A stretch of DNA of 64,000 bases from Cyanobacteria bacterium P01_A01_bin.123 (GCA_039815185.1 JBCBZT010000003.1:1-64000), one strand, 5' to 3'; shown: positions 52,345-62,667, counted from the first letter of the stretch. Notes: generated by a model from the letters alone, not told the origin. Program-made: numbers and translations.

Positions 52345-54671
52345 GCTTGCGCCTCCTGCAAAGAACCGCCTTCACTGCGAATCAGTTGGGCATAGGCACC
52401 GGGTTGTTGCCATAGATCATCATGGGTGCCGCGTTGCACCACCTTGCCATACTCCAAGACGATAATTTCGTCGCAGTCGCGGATAGTGCTGAGGCGGTGG
52501 GCCACGATTAAACACGTACATCCCCGTCGCCGCAGATTTTGGTCAATCACTTTTTCGGTTTCGGTGTCTAGGGCGCTGGTGGCTTCATCCATGATTAAGA
52601 TGCTGGGGGTATTCACCAGCGATCGCGCGATTTCCAATCGCTGCCGTTGACCGCCACTCAGGTTGGTTGCTCCCTCCAACAGCGGCGCATCGTAGCCCCC
52701 CGGCATGGCTAAAATCACATCTTCAATCAGAGCATCCTGACAGGCCCGCCGCACCCGATCCTCTGGAATGGTGGTATCCCACAGGGTCAAATTGTCGCGC
52801 ACCGTCCCCTCAAACATCAAAATATCCTGTTCTACCACCGCCAGCGAATTGGTTATTACTGCCCGCGGAATTTGCTGACGCGGGATGCCGTCAAACAAAA
52901 TTTCCCCCGACCAAGCCGGGTACAGCCCTGCCACTACCTTCGCCAGCGTCGATTTACCTGAACCGCTACCGCCCACCAACGCCACCCGTTGTCCCGGACG
53001 AATCGACAAATTAAAATCTTCAATCAGCGGTGCATCCAGCGGGCTATAGCCGTAGTTGATATGGCGCAACTCAATTGCCCCCGCCAACTTCGGTGATGCG
53101 AATTGGATTAGCGCAGGTTCAGCCACACCATTTCTGTCTGCGTGCCGTCCATTACCATTCGCCGATGGGCTGGCTGTTCCCCCCTGATCCTTTTCCTGTG
53201 GAGCGCCGCGATTAATCGCGTCGCTCCGATGTTGTTCTCCCAAATCATCCACCGGATTTTCCAACACGTCATCCAATCGGCGCAGATTACCTTGCAGGTT
53301 TTGTAGCGTACCGCCAAAGCGCACGAGGCGATTCACCGGGCCTTGAAAGCTGCCCATCAGCAACTGAAAGGCCACTAACATGCCGATCGTGAGACTGCCG
53401 TTGATCACGCGCCAACCGCCAATCACCAGCAGCGAAAGGGACATCAGTGCCGTTAAAAGTGACGGTAAAATCCCCATTAGACGGTTGATCAACCCCAGCG
53501 ACTGTTGAGCGTTGACGGCTTTGGTATAGTAGCCTGCCCAACGACCAAAAAAATCTGATTCTAGCCCCGACGCCTTTAAGGTTTCCATGCTTTGTAGACC
53601 CGAAATGGCCACCCCAGACACCTTGCCGTACTCTTGGGCCAAACGCAGGTTGGCATCAACCCGCTGCCGCGAAACCCACTGCAACGTCGCCACATTTACC
53701 CCAGCAAAGGTAATCACGATCAACGTCAGCAGCCAGTCGTACTGGGCCATGGCGATCGCATAAAAAACGACCATCACACTGCTAATCATGGTGCGGGTCA
53801 ATCGCCCTGACAGCACATCCGCAACGTCGTCATTGAGCCCCACCCGACTGCTAATTTCCCCAGCAAAGCGTTGGGCATAAAAGGTCACGGGCAACCGCAG
53901 GACATGCCACACAAAGCGACTGGCCATACCCACGGCAAGTTTGATTTTGAGCGCCCGCAGATAGCGCAGCTGCAGCAGCGTCAATAAGGCTTGCAGGACA
54001 ACGGTAACCAACAACCCCAGCAGGATGTAAGGCAACCAGTCGAGGCGGGCTTCGAGCAAAATGCGATCGATAAAAATTTGGGTAAAGGCGGGCATCACCA
54101 AATTGGGGAACACCAGCAAAAAACCAGCCAGCACGCAAAACAATAGTGCGCCAGTTGACCCCTTGAGCCGCTGTGTCAAGGACGTCACAACGCTAGTGGT
54201 TTGGCCCCCCTTAGTGAACATTTCCCCCGGTTCAAAGGTGAGGGCGATGCCGGTGTAACCTTCGTCAAACTCGCTGTAGGTGACGCCCCGTGGCCCCACA
54301 GCCGGATCGTTTAAGTAAACGCGATCGCGACCAAATCCCTCCACCACCAAAAAGTGATTGAAGTGCCAAAACACGATAAACGGGGGTGGCAGTTGTTGCA
54401 GCGCGTCTAAGGATTTTTTGAACCCCTTGGCGGCTAAACCGTAGTTACGGGCGGCCTTGAGCACATTAGCGGCGGTTACCCCATCCCGAGAAACACCGCA
54501 AGCCTGGCGCAATTCTGCCAGGGGAACCTGCTTGTCGAAATGTCCTAGGATGCTGCCCAGGGCAGCAGCCCCACATTCAACCGCCTCCATTTGTAGAACG
54601 GTGGGTGTTTTGGCGCGTTTAGGCGATCGCGTTTGGGTTGCTGGTTTTGCTTCAGTCACCATAGGCTCCAC
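52341..54671 (-). CDS. NHLP family peptidase-containing ABC transporter (C39 peptidase/permease/ATPase)
   Basis: QMEAVECGAAAL (catalytic Cys), [35 protein letters not shown]. Confidence 0.96.
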   Translation of the reverse strand: MEPMVTEAKPATQTRSPKRAKTPTVLQMEAVECGAAALGSILGHFDKQVPLAELRQACGVSRDGVTAANVLKAARNYGLAAKGFKKSLDALQQLPPPFIVFWHFNHFLVVEGFGRDRVYLNDPAVGPRGVTYSEFDEGYTGIALTFEPGEMFTKGGQTTSVVTSLTQRLKGSTGALLFCVLAGFLLVFPNLVMPAFTQIFIDRILLEARLDWLPYILLGLLVTVVLQALLTLLQLRYLRALKIKLAVGMASRFVWHVLRLPVTFYAQRFAGEISSRVGLNDDVADVLSGRLTRTMISSVMVVFYAIAMAQYDWLLTLIVITFAGVNVATLQWVSRQRVDANLRLAQEYGKVSGVAISGLQSMETLKASGLESDFFGRWAGYYTKAVNAQQSLGLINRLMGILPSLLTALMSLSLLVIGGWRVINGSLTIGMLVAFQLLMGSFQGPVNRLVRFGGTLQNLQGNLRRLDDVLENPVDDLGEQHRSDAINRGAPQEKDQGGTASPSANGNGRHADRNGVAEPALIQFASPKLAGAIELRHINYGYSPLDAPLIEDFNLSIRPGQRVALVGGSGSGKSTLAKVVAGLYPAWSGEILFDGIPRQQIPRAVITNSLAVVEQDILMFEGTVRDNLTLWDTTIPEDRVRRACQDALIEDVILAMPGGYDAPLLEGATNLSGGQRQRLEIARSLVNTPSILIMDEATSALDTETEKVIDQNLRRRGCTCLIVAHRLSTIRDCDEIIVLEYGKVVQRGTHDDLWQQPGAYAQLIRSEGGSLQEAQA

Positions 54672-54719
54672 TCCTTATCTTTAACCCGAGGCCACTGCCC
54701 CTCGACTCAGCCTTTACGC

Positions 54720-55334
54720 CTATTCCAAAAACGGTAATACAAAGGTAATGGGTGCCTTCTCCTCTAAAATCACGCGGGCCGTGGTTGAAGTGCCCGCCAT
54801 TAGTTGCGGATGGGAGCTACCCAGAGCACTCCAGCGATACCCATCAGGCGATCGCGGGTCGCGTTCAATTTCAGCAACCACTTCCACCCGTCCGTCTTGC
54901 ATCGTGTCGGGGGCTTCGTCTTGCTTAAACCGCGCCATTTCTAGGGTGCGAATCGGCGGTTCTGACACGTCGACCACGGTAGCCACTAAGCCCCCAGCGC
55001 GATCGCCCGCCATGGCCGCTGGCACGATTAAGATTTTCATCCCAGGCTCAATGCGGGTGCCCGTGCTTTGGTCAAAAAAGGTGATGCCCACTAGGTCATC
55101 GGTGCCTTCGTTGGGATACACCAAAATGCCTTCCCCGACACCGTGAATGGGAATCCGACCAAAGATGCTCCAGCCGATCGCGACAGTAATCACTAGCGCT
55201 GCTGCGCCCAACGGCAACCAACTGCGCGGATTAACAATTTGCATCAGTTGGTCAAGCCGCTCAGGGGAAGAGAGCCGCTCCAGCGCCTCTTGACGAAATA
55301 GAGAATTTTGATTGTCTTTGGCGGAATCAGACAT
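54720..55334 (-). CDS. NHLP-system secretion (HlyD-like) protein, short form
   Basis: LFRQEALERLSSPERLDQL N-terminus, TM, GYRWS..GT...PITFVLP C-terminus; only 204 aa. Confidence 0.85.
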   Translation of the reverse strand: MSDSAKDNQNSLFRQEALERLSSPERLDQLMQIVNPRSWLPLGAAALVITVAIGWSIFGRIPIHGVGEGILVYPNEGTDDLVGITFFDQSTGTRIEPGMKILIVPAAMAGDRAGGLVATVVDVSEPPIRTLEMARFKQDEAPDTMQDGRVEVVAEIERDPRSPDGYRWSALGSSHPQLMAGTSTTARVILEEKAPITFVLPFLE

Positions 55335-55335
55335 A

Positions 55336-56382
55336 TTACAATCCCAACTGTTCTAACATCCAGTTAAACCGCGCTGCCCCTTGGGAAACCTGCTGGAGAT
55401 CATCGAGATCCAGCTCATCGTCGTCCATGACATTGCTCATCGCTTGAACTCCGCCATTGCTCCCTTGCGTAGCGGTTGACCCTCCAACTAACTGTTCCAT
55501 TACCGTTTGCAGCAGCTCCGAAATTTGCACCGCAATCACGCGGTAAAACCGGGAGGCGAAGCCCATGTCTGTTTGCAGCTTCACCGTCATCGCCGAACGG
55601 GGGATGGTAAACACCAGCGAGTCTCCTAAACTCCGAATGGTGACGGGCATCGGACGAGAATCTAAGAACGATATAATTCCTGGTAGCCCCCCCTTAGAAA
55701 TCTCAGCAAAAACTTGATAATTGCGCGATCGCTTCTCCAAACTGATGAAGCACATGGACAGGGGGTTACAGTAACTATCGGGCACCGCGATAGAAAAGCG
55801 CCCGTCAAGAACCAGATGCAGCGCATCCACCGGACGCCCCACTTGCAATAGCACTCGGTCGGCAGATAACTTTTCCACCTTGCCTGCGCTAATCAACCAG
55901 TCCACATCACTGTCGCGCAGCTCGCTAAAGATAAACAGCGCCTCTTTGACGGCATGGGCTTTACCTAAGTTCAGCTTGTCAGACATTTCAAACATGCTGC
56001 GTAGGCGTTCTGACAGCATCACCGCGATCGCCCGATAGAAGTGAGCCGCAAAGGTCATATCTTCGGCTAACTTAGTCGTCAGCAACCCTTTTGGAATGGT
56101 AATCACCTGGGAGGGTTGAACTGCTTTCACCATCCCGAGTGAGGGTAGGTCGAACAAAGGCGCCTCGCCAAAAATTTCCCCCCGGTTAATGGTGGTCAGG
56201 GGGCGATCGCCACTATCCCCTTGAAACAGGGTTACCCCGCCCTCTAACAGTACATAAATGGCATCCCAAGGATCGTTGGGGCGTAGCATCACTTGCTCAG
56301 CCGATACGGTATCGTGCTGTCCAGTGGTGACGAGCCAGTCGAGGTCAGTATTAGTCAACTCACGCAACAGAACATCTGCCAT
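55336..56382 (-). CDS. Tandem cyclic-nucleotide-binding-like domain protein of the NHLP export operon
   Basis: Internal duplication ELTNTDLDWL / ELRDSDVDWL and FAAHFYRAIA / FASRFYRVIA; GEIFGE. Confidence 0.87.
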   Translation of the reverse strand: MADVLLRELTNTDLDWLVTTGQHDTVSAEQVMLRPNDPWDAIYVLLEGGVTLFQGDSGDRPLTTINRGEIFGEAPLFDLPSLGMVKAVQPSQVITIPKGLLTTKLAEDMTFAAHFYRAIAVMLSERLRSMFEMSDKLNLGKAHAVKEALFIFSELRDSDVDWLISAGKVEKLSADRVLLQVGRPVDALHLVLDGRFSIAVPDSYCNPLSMCFISLEKRSRNYQVFAEISKGGLPGIISFLDSRPMPVTIRSLGDSLVFTIPRSAMTVKLQTDMGFASRFYRVIAVQISELLQTVMEQLVGGSTATQGSNGGVQAMSNVMDDDELDLDDLQQVSQGAARFNWMLEQLGL

Positions 56383-56779
56383 AGGGTCTAAGGGAAGTTA
56401 GGTTGGAACATCCATGATGCAGTTTTAGTATAAATCCGAGTTATGAAGAATCAGATTTTGCTGGGCTTTAGTTTCCAGACAACGTTGATCTAGAGAACCA
56501 ATTGCTGGTTTTTGATGCTTTTAGCCGTGAACCTATCAAGTCAAAAGGATTTAGTCAATTCATAAAAACTTCAGTTCGTCTTCTGCTACTTATGATCAAC
56601 CCTTTAAGAACCAGGGGTTACTGACGTTTCATCAGCTAAGGTTATGCCGGGATTCAATCCGCAGCCATAAATTAGTCTCTAAACAAAAATTAATTTACTG
56701 CTCAGATTCAAGAGTTGATTATTCCTTTTGGAGGCGCTAGGGTGGAGCTGTCAACATTCAACTTGAATGGGGTTTAACC

Positions 56780-56968
56780 ATGGGTATGGAAGATATCAAG
56801 AAAACAGCTGAGGACATCAAAGAAGCTGTCTCCGACGGTGAACTGTCTGTAGATGAACTCAAGGAAGTTGCTGGTGGTGTCAATCTTGACCAGCTCCGTC
56901 GCGAAAACCTAGATAAAGATGCTTCTAACTTGGATGAAATCCGCAGCGAAAATCTTGACAAGGACTAG
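56780..56968 (+). CDS. Double-glycine-leader peptide precursor with tandem-repeat core
   Basis: ELSVDELKEVAGG leader end; core VNLDQLRRENLDKDASNLDEIRSENLDKD; divergent from the C39 exporter operon. Confidence 0.88.
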   Translation: MGMEDIKKTAEDIKEAVSDGELSVDELKEVAGGVNLDQLRRENLDKDASNLDEIRSENLDKD

Positions 56969-57206
56969 GTGATTGTTCCGGAGAAGTTGACTGCTATTGA
57001 AGCTGACTCCTTGACTCCCAAATTCTCTGGGTGTTGAGCCTAACTTCCTTACCATTCCTTCCTTGGGGCATACCGTATGGAAGATTGCAGGGCTTTTAAT
57101 CCATGTCAGCAGAGGAAAGCTAGTAGTCTGTTGAGCACTTTTCAAACGTTTTCATAGGGCTAAAGTTTTTGATGCTAAAGGCTTTAGCAGGTTCATCACC
57201 ACAAAT

Positions 57207-57240
57207 AGAGCCCCTAGCGCTTAGCTGGGGGCTTTTTATT
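57207..57240 (+). terminator. Rho-independent terminator downstream of the precursor gene
   Basis: agagcccctagc-gctta-gctgggggcttt followed by ttatt. Confidence 0.8.
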
Positions 57241-57519
57241 ATGACAAAAATAGTCATCGCTACTCAATCTTGAGAAATAGTATTTTGGATAACTCTTTTG
57301 AATTGATGTTGATCAAGTGTTTGATGTTTGGATTTGGGGTTAAATCTTGACCATATCCAGCTCCCTGGCTTGCCTGAGCTAATTAAAGAAATGGGGCTTG
57401 CAATCGCACAAGACATTGTGGCGGTTACTATAAGAGCTTTGGGTCAATGCGATCGCTGAGTCGTTCGTTGCATTGGTTTTGCGTTCTGTTTGCTCCCCTT
57501 GCCTTCCCGCCTTTAAGTC

Positions 57520-60500
57520 ATGGGTTCTCTAGCGCTAGCTCATTCTCAGTCAGTTGCTCCGACGTCTGCATTGCTGCACGCCGTGATTGAACACATCCGC
57601 GACCCGCTGTATGTGAAAGCGCGGGATCATCGCTGGGTGTTGTGCAACCAGCCCTTATGCCAGCTTGTGGGTAGGGCAGATGATCTGTCGTTAATGCAGC
57701 GCAATTTAGATCAGACATTGGCTGATGAGGGTAGACAGCTCGATGAGCAGGTATTTGTGACCGGGCAATCCAGCGCTGTAGAGACGACGGTAATTGATCA
57801 CCAAGGAGAAGCGAAGGTTGTCACAATTCATCGCTCCCGTTTGCAAGATGAGCGCGGGACTTTCTACGTGTTGGGTACGCTGCAAACTCAGGACGCCGAG
57901 ATCATCACACCGACTCAGATAGAACATGCCTTGGCCGAGAGTGAAACTCGCTTCCACAATCTGATGAGCAATCTCCCAGCCATGATTTATCGCTGTTGCT
58001 ACGATGCTGATTGGACGATGAACTTTGTCAGCGACTTTGCTTCAGACCTCACTGGCTATAGCGCAGAAAGCTTTGTCAATAACCGCGATCGCAGTTGGGC
58101 CAGCATCATTCACCCTGAAGATCGGGCTCATGTTGAAGTTGAAGTCACCATTGCGATTGTCACCCGCCAACCCTACCAAATCGAATACCGATTGCGACAT
58201 CAAGATGGCCATCTGCGCTGGGTCTTAGAACGGGGCCAAGCGCAGCTTGATCAAGACGGGGAGGTGGCGTATCTCGATGGGGTCATTTTTGATATCACCC
58301 AACACAAACAGATGATTGCCGCGCTGGAACAGAGCGAATTAACTAACCGCGCTTTAGTTGGCGCCATTCCCGATTTGTTGATTCGGGTGCGTCGAGACGG
58401 CGTCAATCTCAATGTGCTAACCAGTGGTGACATAGCCCCCCTCAAAATTCATCGGTTTGTCGACGGCTCCCGAGTGGAGGATTCCCTGCCGCTAGATCTA
58501 GCCCAGCGTCGCATGGCTGCTATCCAGGCCGCGTTGGCAACCGGGGAAATGCAGCAGTATGAACAGCGATTAGAGTATCAAGGTCAGCCTCAATACGAAG
58601 AAGTGCGCGTGGTGCCTTGCCAAGCCGATGAGGCCCTCGTAATCGTCCGGGATATTAGCGAGCGGAAACGGCTCGAAGCCGAACGCCAACAGACCGAACT
58701 CGAGCTCCATCGCCTCAATACTGAACTCGAAGCCCGCGTTACCGAGGGGACTGTCGCCCTGCAATCGAGCCAGCGACAGTTAGAGCTGCTGATTCAGCAG
58801 ACCCCCATGGCGGTGATTGAATGGGATCTTGACGGTAAAATCCAGGCTTGGAATCCCGCTGCGGAAAGCATGTTTGGCTACTCTGCAGCTGAAGTCATTG
58901 GCCAAACCTTTGAACGATGCGTTCCCCCAGAAGAATGGCCCGACGTGCAGCAAACCTTCAGGACCCTGTTGAATCAGCGAACGGTGATCACTCGGGTCAA
59001 TGAAAATCTCACCCGCAATGGCCACACTATTTTGTGTGAGTGGCATAACTCGCCCTTGATTGATGAAAATGAGTCAGTTGTCGGCATCGCTGCCTTTGCG
59101 GCTGACATTACCCAGCGCCATCAAGCCGAAAAAGAGCAGGCCAAACTGCTTGCTATCTTAGAAGCCACCCCAGACTTTATCGGTATCGCTGATACCCAAG
59201 GTCAGCTGTTGTATATCAATCGAGCTGGGAAACAGATCCTGGGGCTCGATACTGATGCGCAACTGCCCAACATTAACCGAGTTCTATCGCCTAAGAGCAG
59301 CATTCGGCTAATGCAAGAAGGTATCCCCATCGCCCTCAAGCAAGGCATTTGGCGTGGAGAGAATACCCTCAACAGCCGTACTGGACAATCAATTCCCATT
59401 TCCCAGGTGATTGTGACTCACCGAGACGACACCGGGCAGGTCGGTTTTCTCTCGACCATTGGCCGAGACATTACTGAGCGTAAACAAGCTGAAAATGCCC
59501 TGCGCAAGAGCGAACGGCGTTTCCGAGACATCAGCGAAGCGGCTGGAGAATACATTTGGGAGATAGATACGCAAGGGTGCTATACCTTTGTCACAGATAA
59601 AGCCAAAGCGGTTAAAGGCTACTGGCCCTCTGAGTTGATTGGGCATACTCCTTACGAATTTATGCCCCCTGAAGATGTGTCCAGGGTCAACGCCATCATT
59701 GAAAGGGCTGCTATCCGGCGCAGAAGTTTTCGACTCGAACATCGCACCCGCACTCCAGAAGGCGAAATTGTTTGGGAAGAAATGAGCGGCGTTCCTCAGC
59801 TCGATGCTGAAGGCGAGGTGATTGGCTTTCGCGGTGCGGGGTTGAGCATTACTGAACGCAAACGCTCAGAAATTGCGCTGCAACAATCCGAGCTGAATCT
59901 GCGCTTAAAAGCAGCCCAACTCGAACAGGCAATCAAAGAACTACAGCAGACCCAGGCAAAAATGATTCAAAGCGAAAAAATGTCGAGTCTGGGGCAACTG
60001 GTGGCTGGGGTAGCCCACGAAATCAACAACCCAGTCAACTTCATCCACGGCAATTTGGACTATGCCACTGCCTACACCGAAGATTTATTAGAGCTGATTG
60101 CCCTTTACCAAACCTATTATCCAGAGCCTGTCGACGCGATCGCCACCCGAACTAGCACTATCGATCTGCCCTTCCTACAGCAAGATTTGCCCAAGCTGCT
60201 CAAATCGATGAATGTGGGAGCCCAACGCATCCAAGACATCGTTAGGTCGTTGCGGACCTTTTCGCGCATGGATGAAGCGGAGGTGAAAGCGGTTGATCTG
60301 CACGAGGGCATTGACAGCACGCTGATGATTTTGCAAAGTCGTCTCAAAGAACAACCCAACCGCCCTGCCATTGAGGTGGTGTTTGATTATGACACGCTCC
60401 CCAAGGTGGAGTGCTATGCGGGCCAGATGAACCAAGTGTTTATGAATATTTTGGTCAATGCCATCGATGCCCTAGAGGAGGCCTATGAAGCAGGCCAGTG

Positions 60501-60819
60501 CCCGCAACCCCAAGTCACGATTCAAACCCGATTGATTCATTTGCCGAGTGCCTCTTTACCCCAGGCGGTAATCGGCATCCACGACAATGGTCCAGGCATT
60601 CCTGAGGATATCCGCAACCGTTTATTTGACCCCTTCTTTACCACGAAAGCGATTGGTAAAGGCACAGGGATGGGCCTTTCCATCAGTTATCAAATCATCA
60701 CTGAAAACCACAACGGCATGGTGGAATGTCTTTCTGAAGTCGGTCGAGGCACAGAATTTCGGATCACGATTCCTTTTAATCCTGATGTCGTGCAAGGCAT
60801 CACAGGTTCAGAAAACTAG
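57520..60819 (+). CDS. Soluble multi-PAS sensor histidine kinase
   Basis: About six PAS/PAC units; [13 protein letters not shown]-box, [34 protein letters not shown]; no TM or receiver domain seen. Confidence 0.94.
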   Translation: MGSLALAHSQSVAPTSALLHAVIEHIRDPLYVKARDHRWVLCNQPLCQLVGRADDLSLMQRNLDQTLADEGRQLDEQVFVTGQSSAVETTVIDHQGEAKVVTIHRSRLQDERGTFYVLGTLQTQDAEIITPTQIEHALAESETRFHNLMSNLPAMIYRCCYDADWTMNFVSDFASDLTGYSAESFVNNRDRSWASIIHPEDRAHVEVEVTIAIVTRQPYQIEYRLRHQDGHLRWVLERGQAQLDQDGEVAYLDGVIFDITQHKQMIAALEQSELTNRALVGAIPDLLIRVRRDGVNLNVLTSGDIAPLKIHRFVDGSRVEDSLPLDLAQRRMAAIQAALATGEMQQYEQRLEYQGQPQYEEVRVVPCQADEALVIVRDISERKRLEAERQQTELELHRLNTELEARVTEGTVALQSSQRQLELLIQQTPMAVIEWDLDGKIQAWNPAAESMFGYSAAEVIGQTFERCVPPEEWPDVQQTFRTLLNQRTVITRVNENLTRNGHTILCEWHNSPLIDENESVVGIAAFAADITQRHQAEKEQAKLLAILEATPDFIGIADTQGQLLYINRAGKQILGLDTDAQLPNINRVLSPKSSIRLMQEGIPIALKQGIWRGENTLNSRTGQSIPISQVIVTHRDDTGQVGFLSTIGRDITERKQAENALRKSERRFRDISEAAGEYIWEIDTQGCYTFVTDKAKAVKGYWPSELIGHTPYEFMPPEDVSRVNAIIERAAIRRRSFRLEHRTRTPEGEIVWEEMSGVPQLDAEGEVIGFRGAGLSITERKRSEIALQQSELNLRLKAAQLEQAIKELQQTQAKMIQSEKMSSLGQLVAGVAHEINNPVNFIHGNLDYATAYTEDLLELIALYQTYYPEPVDAIATRTSTIDLPFLQQDLPKLLKSMNVGAQRIQDIVRSLRTFSRMDEAEVKAVDLHEGIDSTLMILQSRLKEQPNRPAIEVVFDYDTLPKVECYAGQMNQVFMNILVNAIDALEEAYEAGQCPQPQVTIQTRLIHLPSASLPQAVIGIHDNGPGIPEDIRNRLFDPFFTTKAIGKGTGMGLSISYQIITENHNGMVECLSEVGRGTEFRITIPFNPDVVQGITGSEN

Positions 60820-60844
60820 CAGCCATTTTCCAGACTGTTGCCAC

Positions 60845-60875
60845 AATCCACAATCGCCAATCTAAAATCCAAAAT
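60845..60875. repeat. Degenerate heptamer tandem repeat (STRR-like)
   Basis: aatccac aatcgcc aatctaa aatccaa aat. Confidence 0.5.
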
Positions 60876-61188
60876 GGTACAACCAGCCACCCATGGTCTA
60901 CCCACAAGATAGATCGGTTATTTCCCCTAGGGTTAACTAGACGTGCCACTTAAGCTGTAACCGTAGCGTTTATGAAGCTTTATGGCGTCTTTGCTTACCC
61001 TATTTATCTTCCTCTGGGGCGTGTTGGTCGTGATGTATCAGTTCAGCAGCTTTTGAGTATGGGCAACGCGCGTTGCCCTAGCCCCCCCCTTCCGCCTGCA
61101 CTCTTTTCTCCCCTTTTGTCCCAGTCGATACAACACCGACCCGCATCCTCCGACACATTAATGAATGTTCCTTAGAAGATAGCGGCTA

Positions 61189-62526
61189 ATGGTTGTGGCG
61201 ATCCCCTCTGCTGAGGCAATTACTGATTGGGTTGAATCCTTAAGGGCTCAGGATGTCAAATATGTGCGTTTTGAACTGCCCGATTTGCATGGGGTTTCTC
61301 GGCTGAAAGTCATCCCTATTGCTAAGGTCGAGGGCTATGCCCGCAAAGGGCTTAACTTTTATGGCGGCACCCTGGCTTTAGATACGGCGTCATCGGTGGT
61401 GTCTTCATCGGGATACCACGAAGAACGCAAATACCAAGACCATCTGCTGTTTCCTGATATCAATAGCTGCACTGCTGTGCCCTGGATGGACAGCACCGTA
61501 AAGGTGGTGTGTGATGCCTACTGGACTCCGGAAGAGCCCTTGTTGGGGGCTCCCCGCTACGTGCTGCAATCATTGCTCGACACGGCTCAGCAAATGGGCT
61601 TTGACGTGATGATGGGGCACGAGTTTGAGTTTTACTTGCTTGATCCGGAGACCCATAAACCGCTGTTTGACGGGTTACACATTTTCAATCACATCCGCAA
61701 TCAATATGTGCCTGAGATTGGTCAGATGCTTGACTATCTGCAAGCCGCAGGCATAGACGTGATTACCCATAACTGTGAGTATGCGCCCTCTCAATTTGAG
61801 ATTAACTACGGGCCAGGTATAGGTATTCAGGGGGCAGATAAGGCATTTACGTTTAAGAATGCGGTGAAAGAAATTGCCCACCATCTGGGCTATCACGCCA
61901 GTTTTATGTCAAAACCATTTGCGGGCTTGGCAGGCTGCTGCTGCCATTTCCACCTCAGTCTTTGGCAAGACGGCACGAATGTTTTTTTAGACCCCAGCGA
62001 TCGCGATGGTTTGTCCTCAACCGCTAAGTCTTTCATTCAAGGCATTCTTGACCATGCCCCAGCGATGCTACCGCTCATTGGGCCAACACCGAACTGTTAT
62101 CGACGGCTAAAGCCCCATACCTTCGCCCCGTCCAATATTAGCTGGGGCATTGAAGATCGCACCGCGATGGTGCGGGTGAAGGCCACTAAAGACGAGGGTA
62201 CCCATTTGGAAATGCGGGCAGGTTCAGGATTGAGTAATCCCTACCTGAGCGCAGCGGCAACCCTGGCAGCGGGGCTACTGGGCCTTAAGGAACAGCGAGA
62301 ACTACAGCCGATGGTCAACGGGCCCAGTGAAGAAGATCCCAGTTTGCTGCCCTTCCCGAAAACGTTAGACGCGGCCTTAGAAGCGCTGACCGCAGATGCA
62401 TCAATGCAAGAGATGCTGGGGGCCGAGTTTTGCAAATTGTTCTCGACCGTCAAGGAATTTGAACTGGCGCGCTTCCATGACCACATTACAGATTGGGAAG
62501 TGGCGGAGTATTTGGAGGTGTATTAG
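61189..62526 (+). CDS. Glutamine synthetase-like (probable gamma-glutamyl-amine ligase) protein
   Basis: GHEFEFYL, EYAPSQFEIN, ASFMSKP, HFHLSL, NCYRRL, WGIEDRTAMVR; lacks the FDGSS of true GS (has FYGGT). Confidence 0.88.
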   Translation: MVVAIPSAEAITDWVESLRAQDVKYVRFELPDLHGVSRLKVIPIAKVEGYARKGLNFYGGTLALDTASSVVSSSGYHEERKYQDHLLFPDINSCTAVPWMDSTVKVVCDAYWTPEEPLLGAPRYVLQSLLDTAQQMGFDVMMGHEFEFYLLDPETHKPLFDGLHIFNHIRNQYVPEIGQMLDYLQAAGIDVITHNCEYAPSQFEINYGPGIGIQGADKAFTFKNAVKEIAHHLGYHASFMSKPFAGLAGCCCHFHLSLWQDGTNVFLDPSDRDGLSSTAKSFIQGILDHAPAMLPLIGPTPNCYRRLKPHTFAPSNISWGIEDRTAMVRVKATKDEGTHLEMRAGSGLSNPYLSAAATLAAGLLGLKEQRELQPMVNGPSEEDPSLLPFPKTLDAALEALTADASMQEMLGAEFCKLFSTVKEFELARFHDHITDWEVAEYLEVY

Positions 62527-62667
62527 GGAGGAAGTGGTGATGTGCTGTCGGTTTAAACCTTGTCCACATCAACTTAATGGGTTCTCCCTGACGCTAATTA
62601 GATGTGGCCTAACAACGGCAGTGATAGCAAAAAACTGAGTGGTTTATCAGGAGCTTAAGAATTGAGC

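Noticed and set aside
57270..57283. Exact 14-bp match (ttgagaaatagtat) to the Fur-like site at 12736, upstream of the PAS kinase
   Set aside because: Several 14-mer matches are expected by chance in 64 kb, especially in AT-rich DNA, and the right half-site (CAATA) is missing.
60972..61175. 67-aa ORF upstream of the GS-like gene; NtcA box search in the same region
   Set aside because: Low-complexity translation without support, and no GTA-N8-TAC site found by eye.
61189..62526. Calling this gene glnA
   Set aside because: It lacks the ammonium-binding FDGSS region and other GSI signatures; it is better described as a GS-like ligase.
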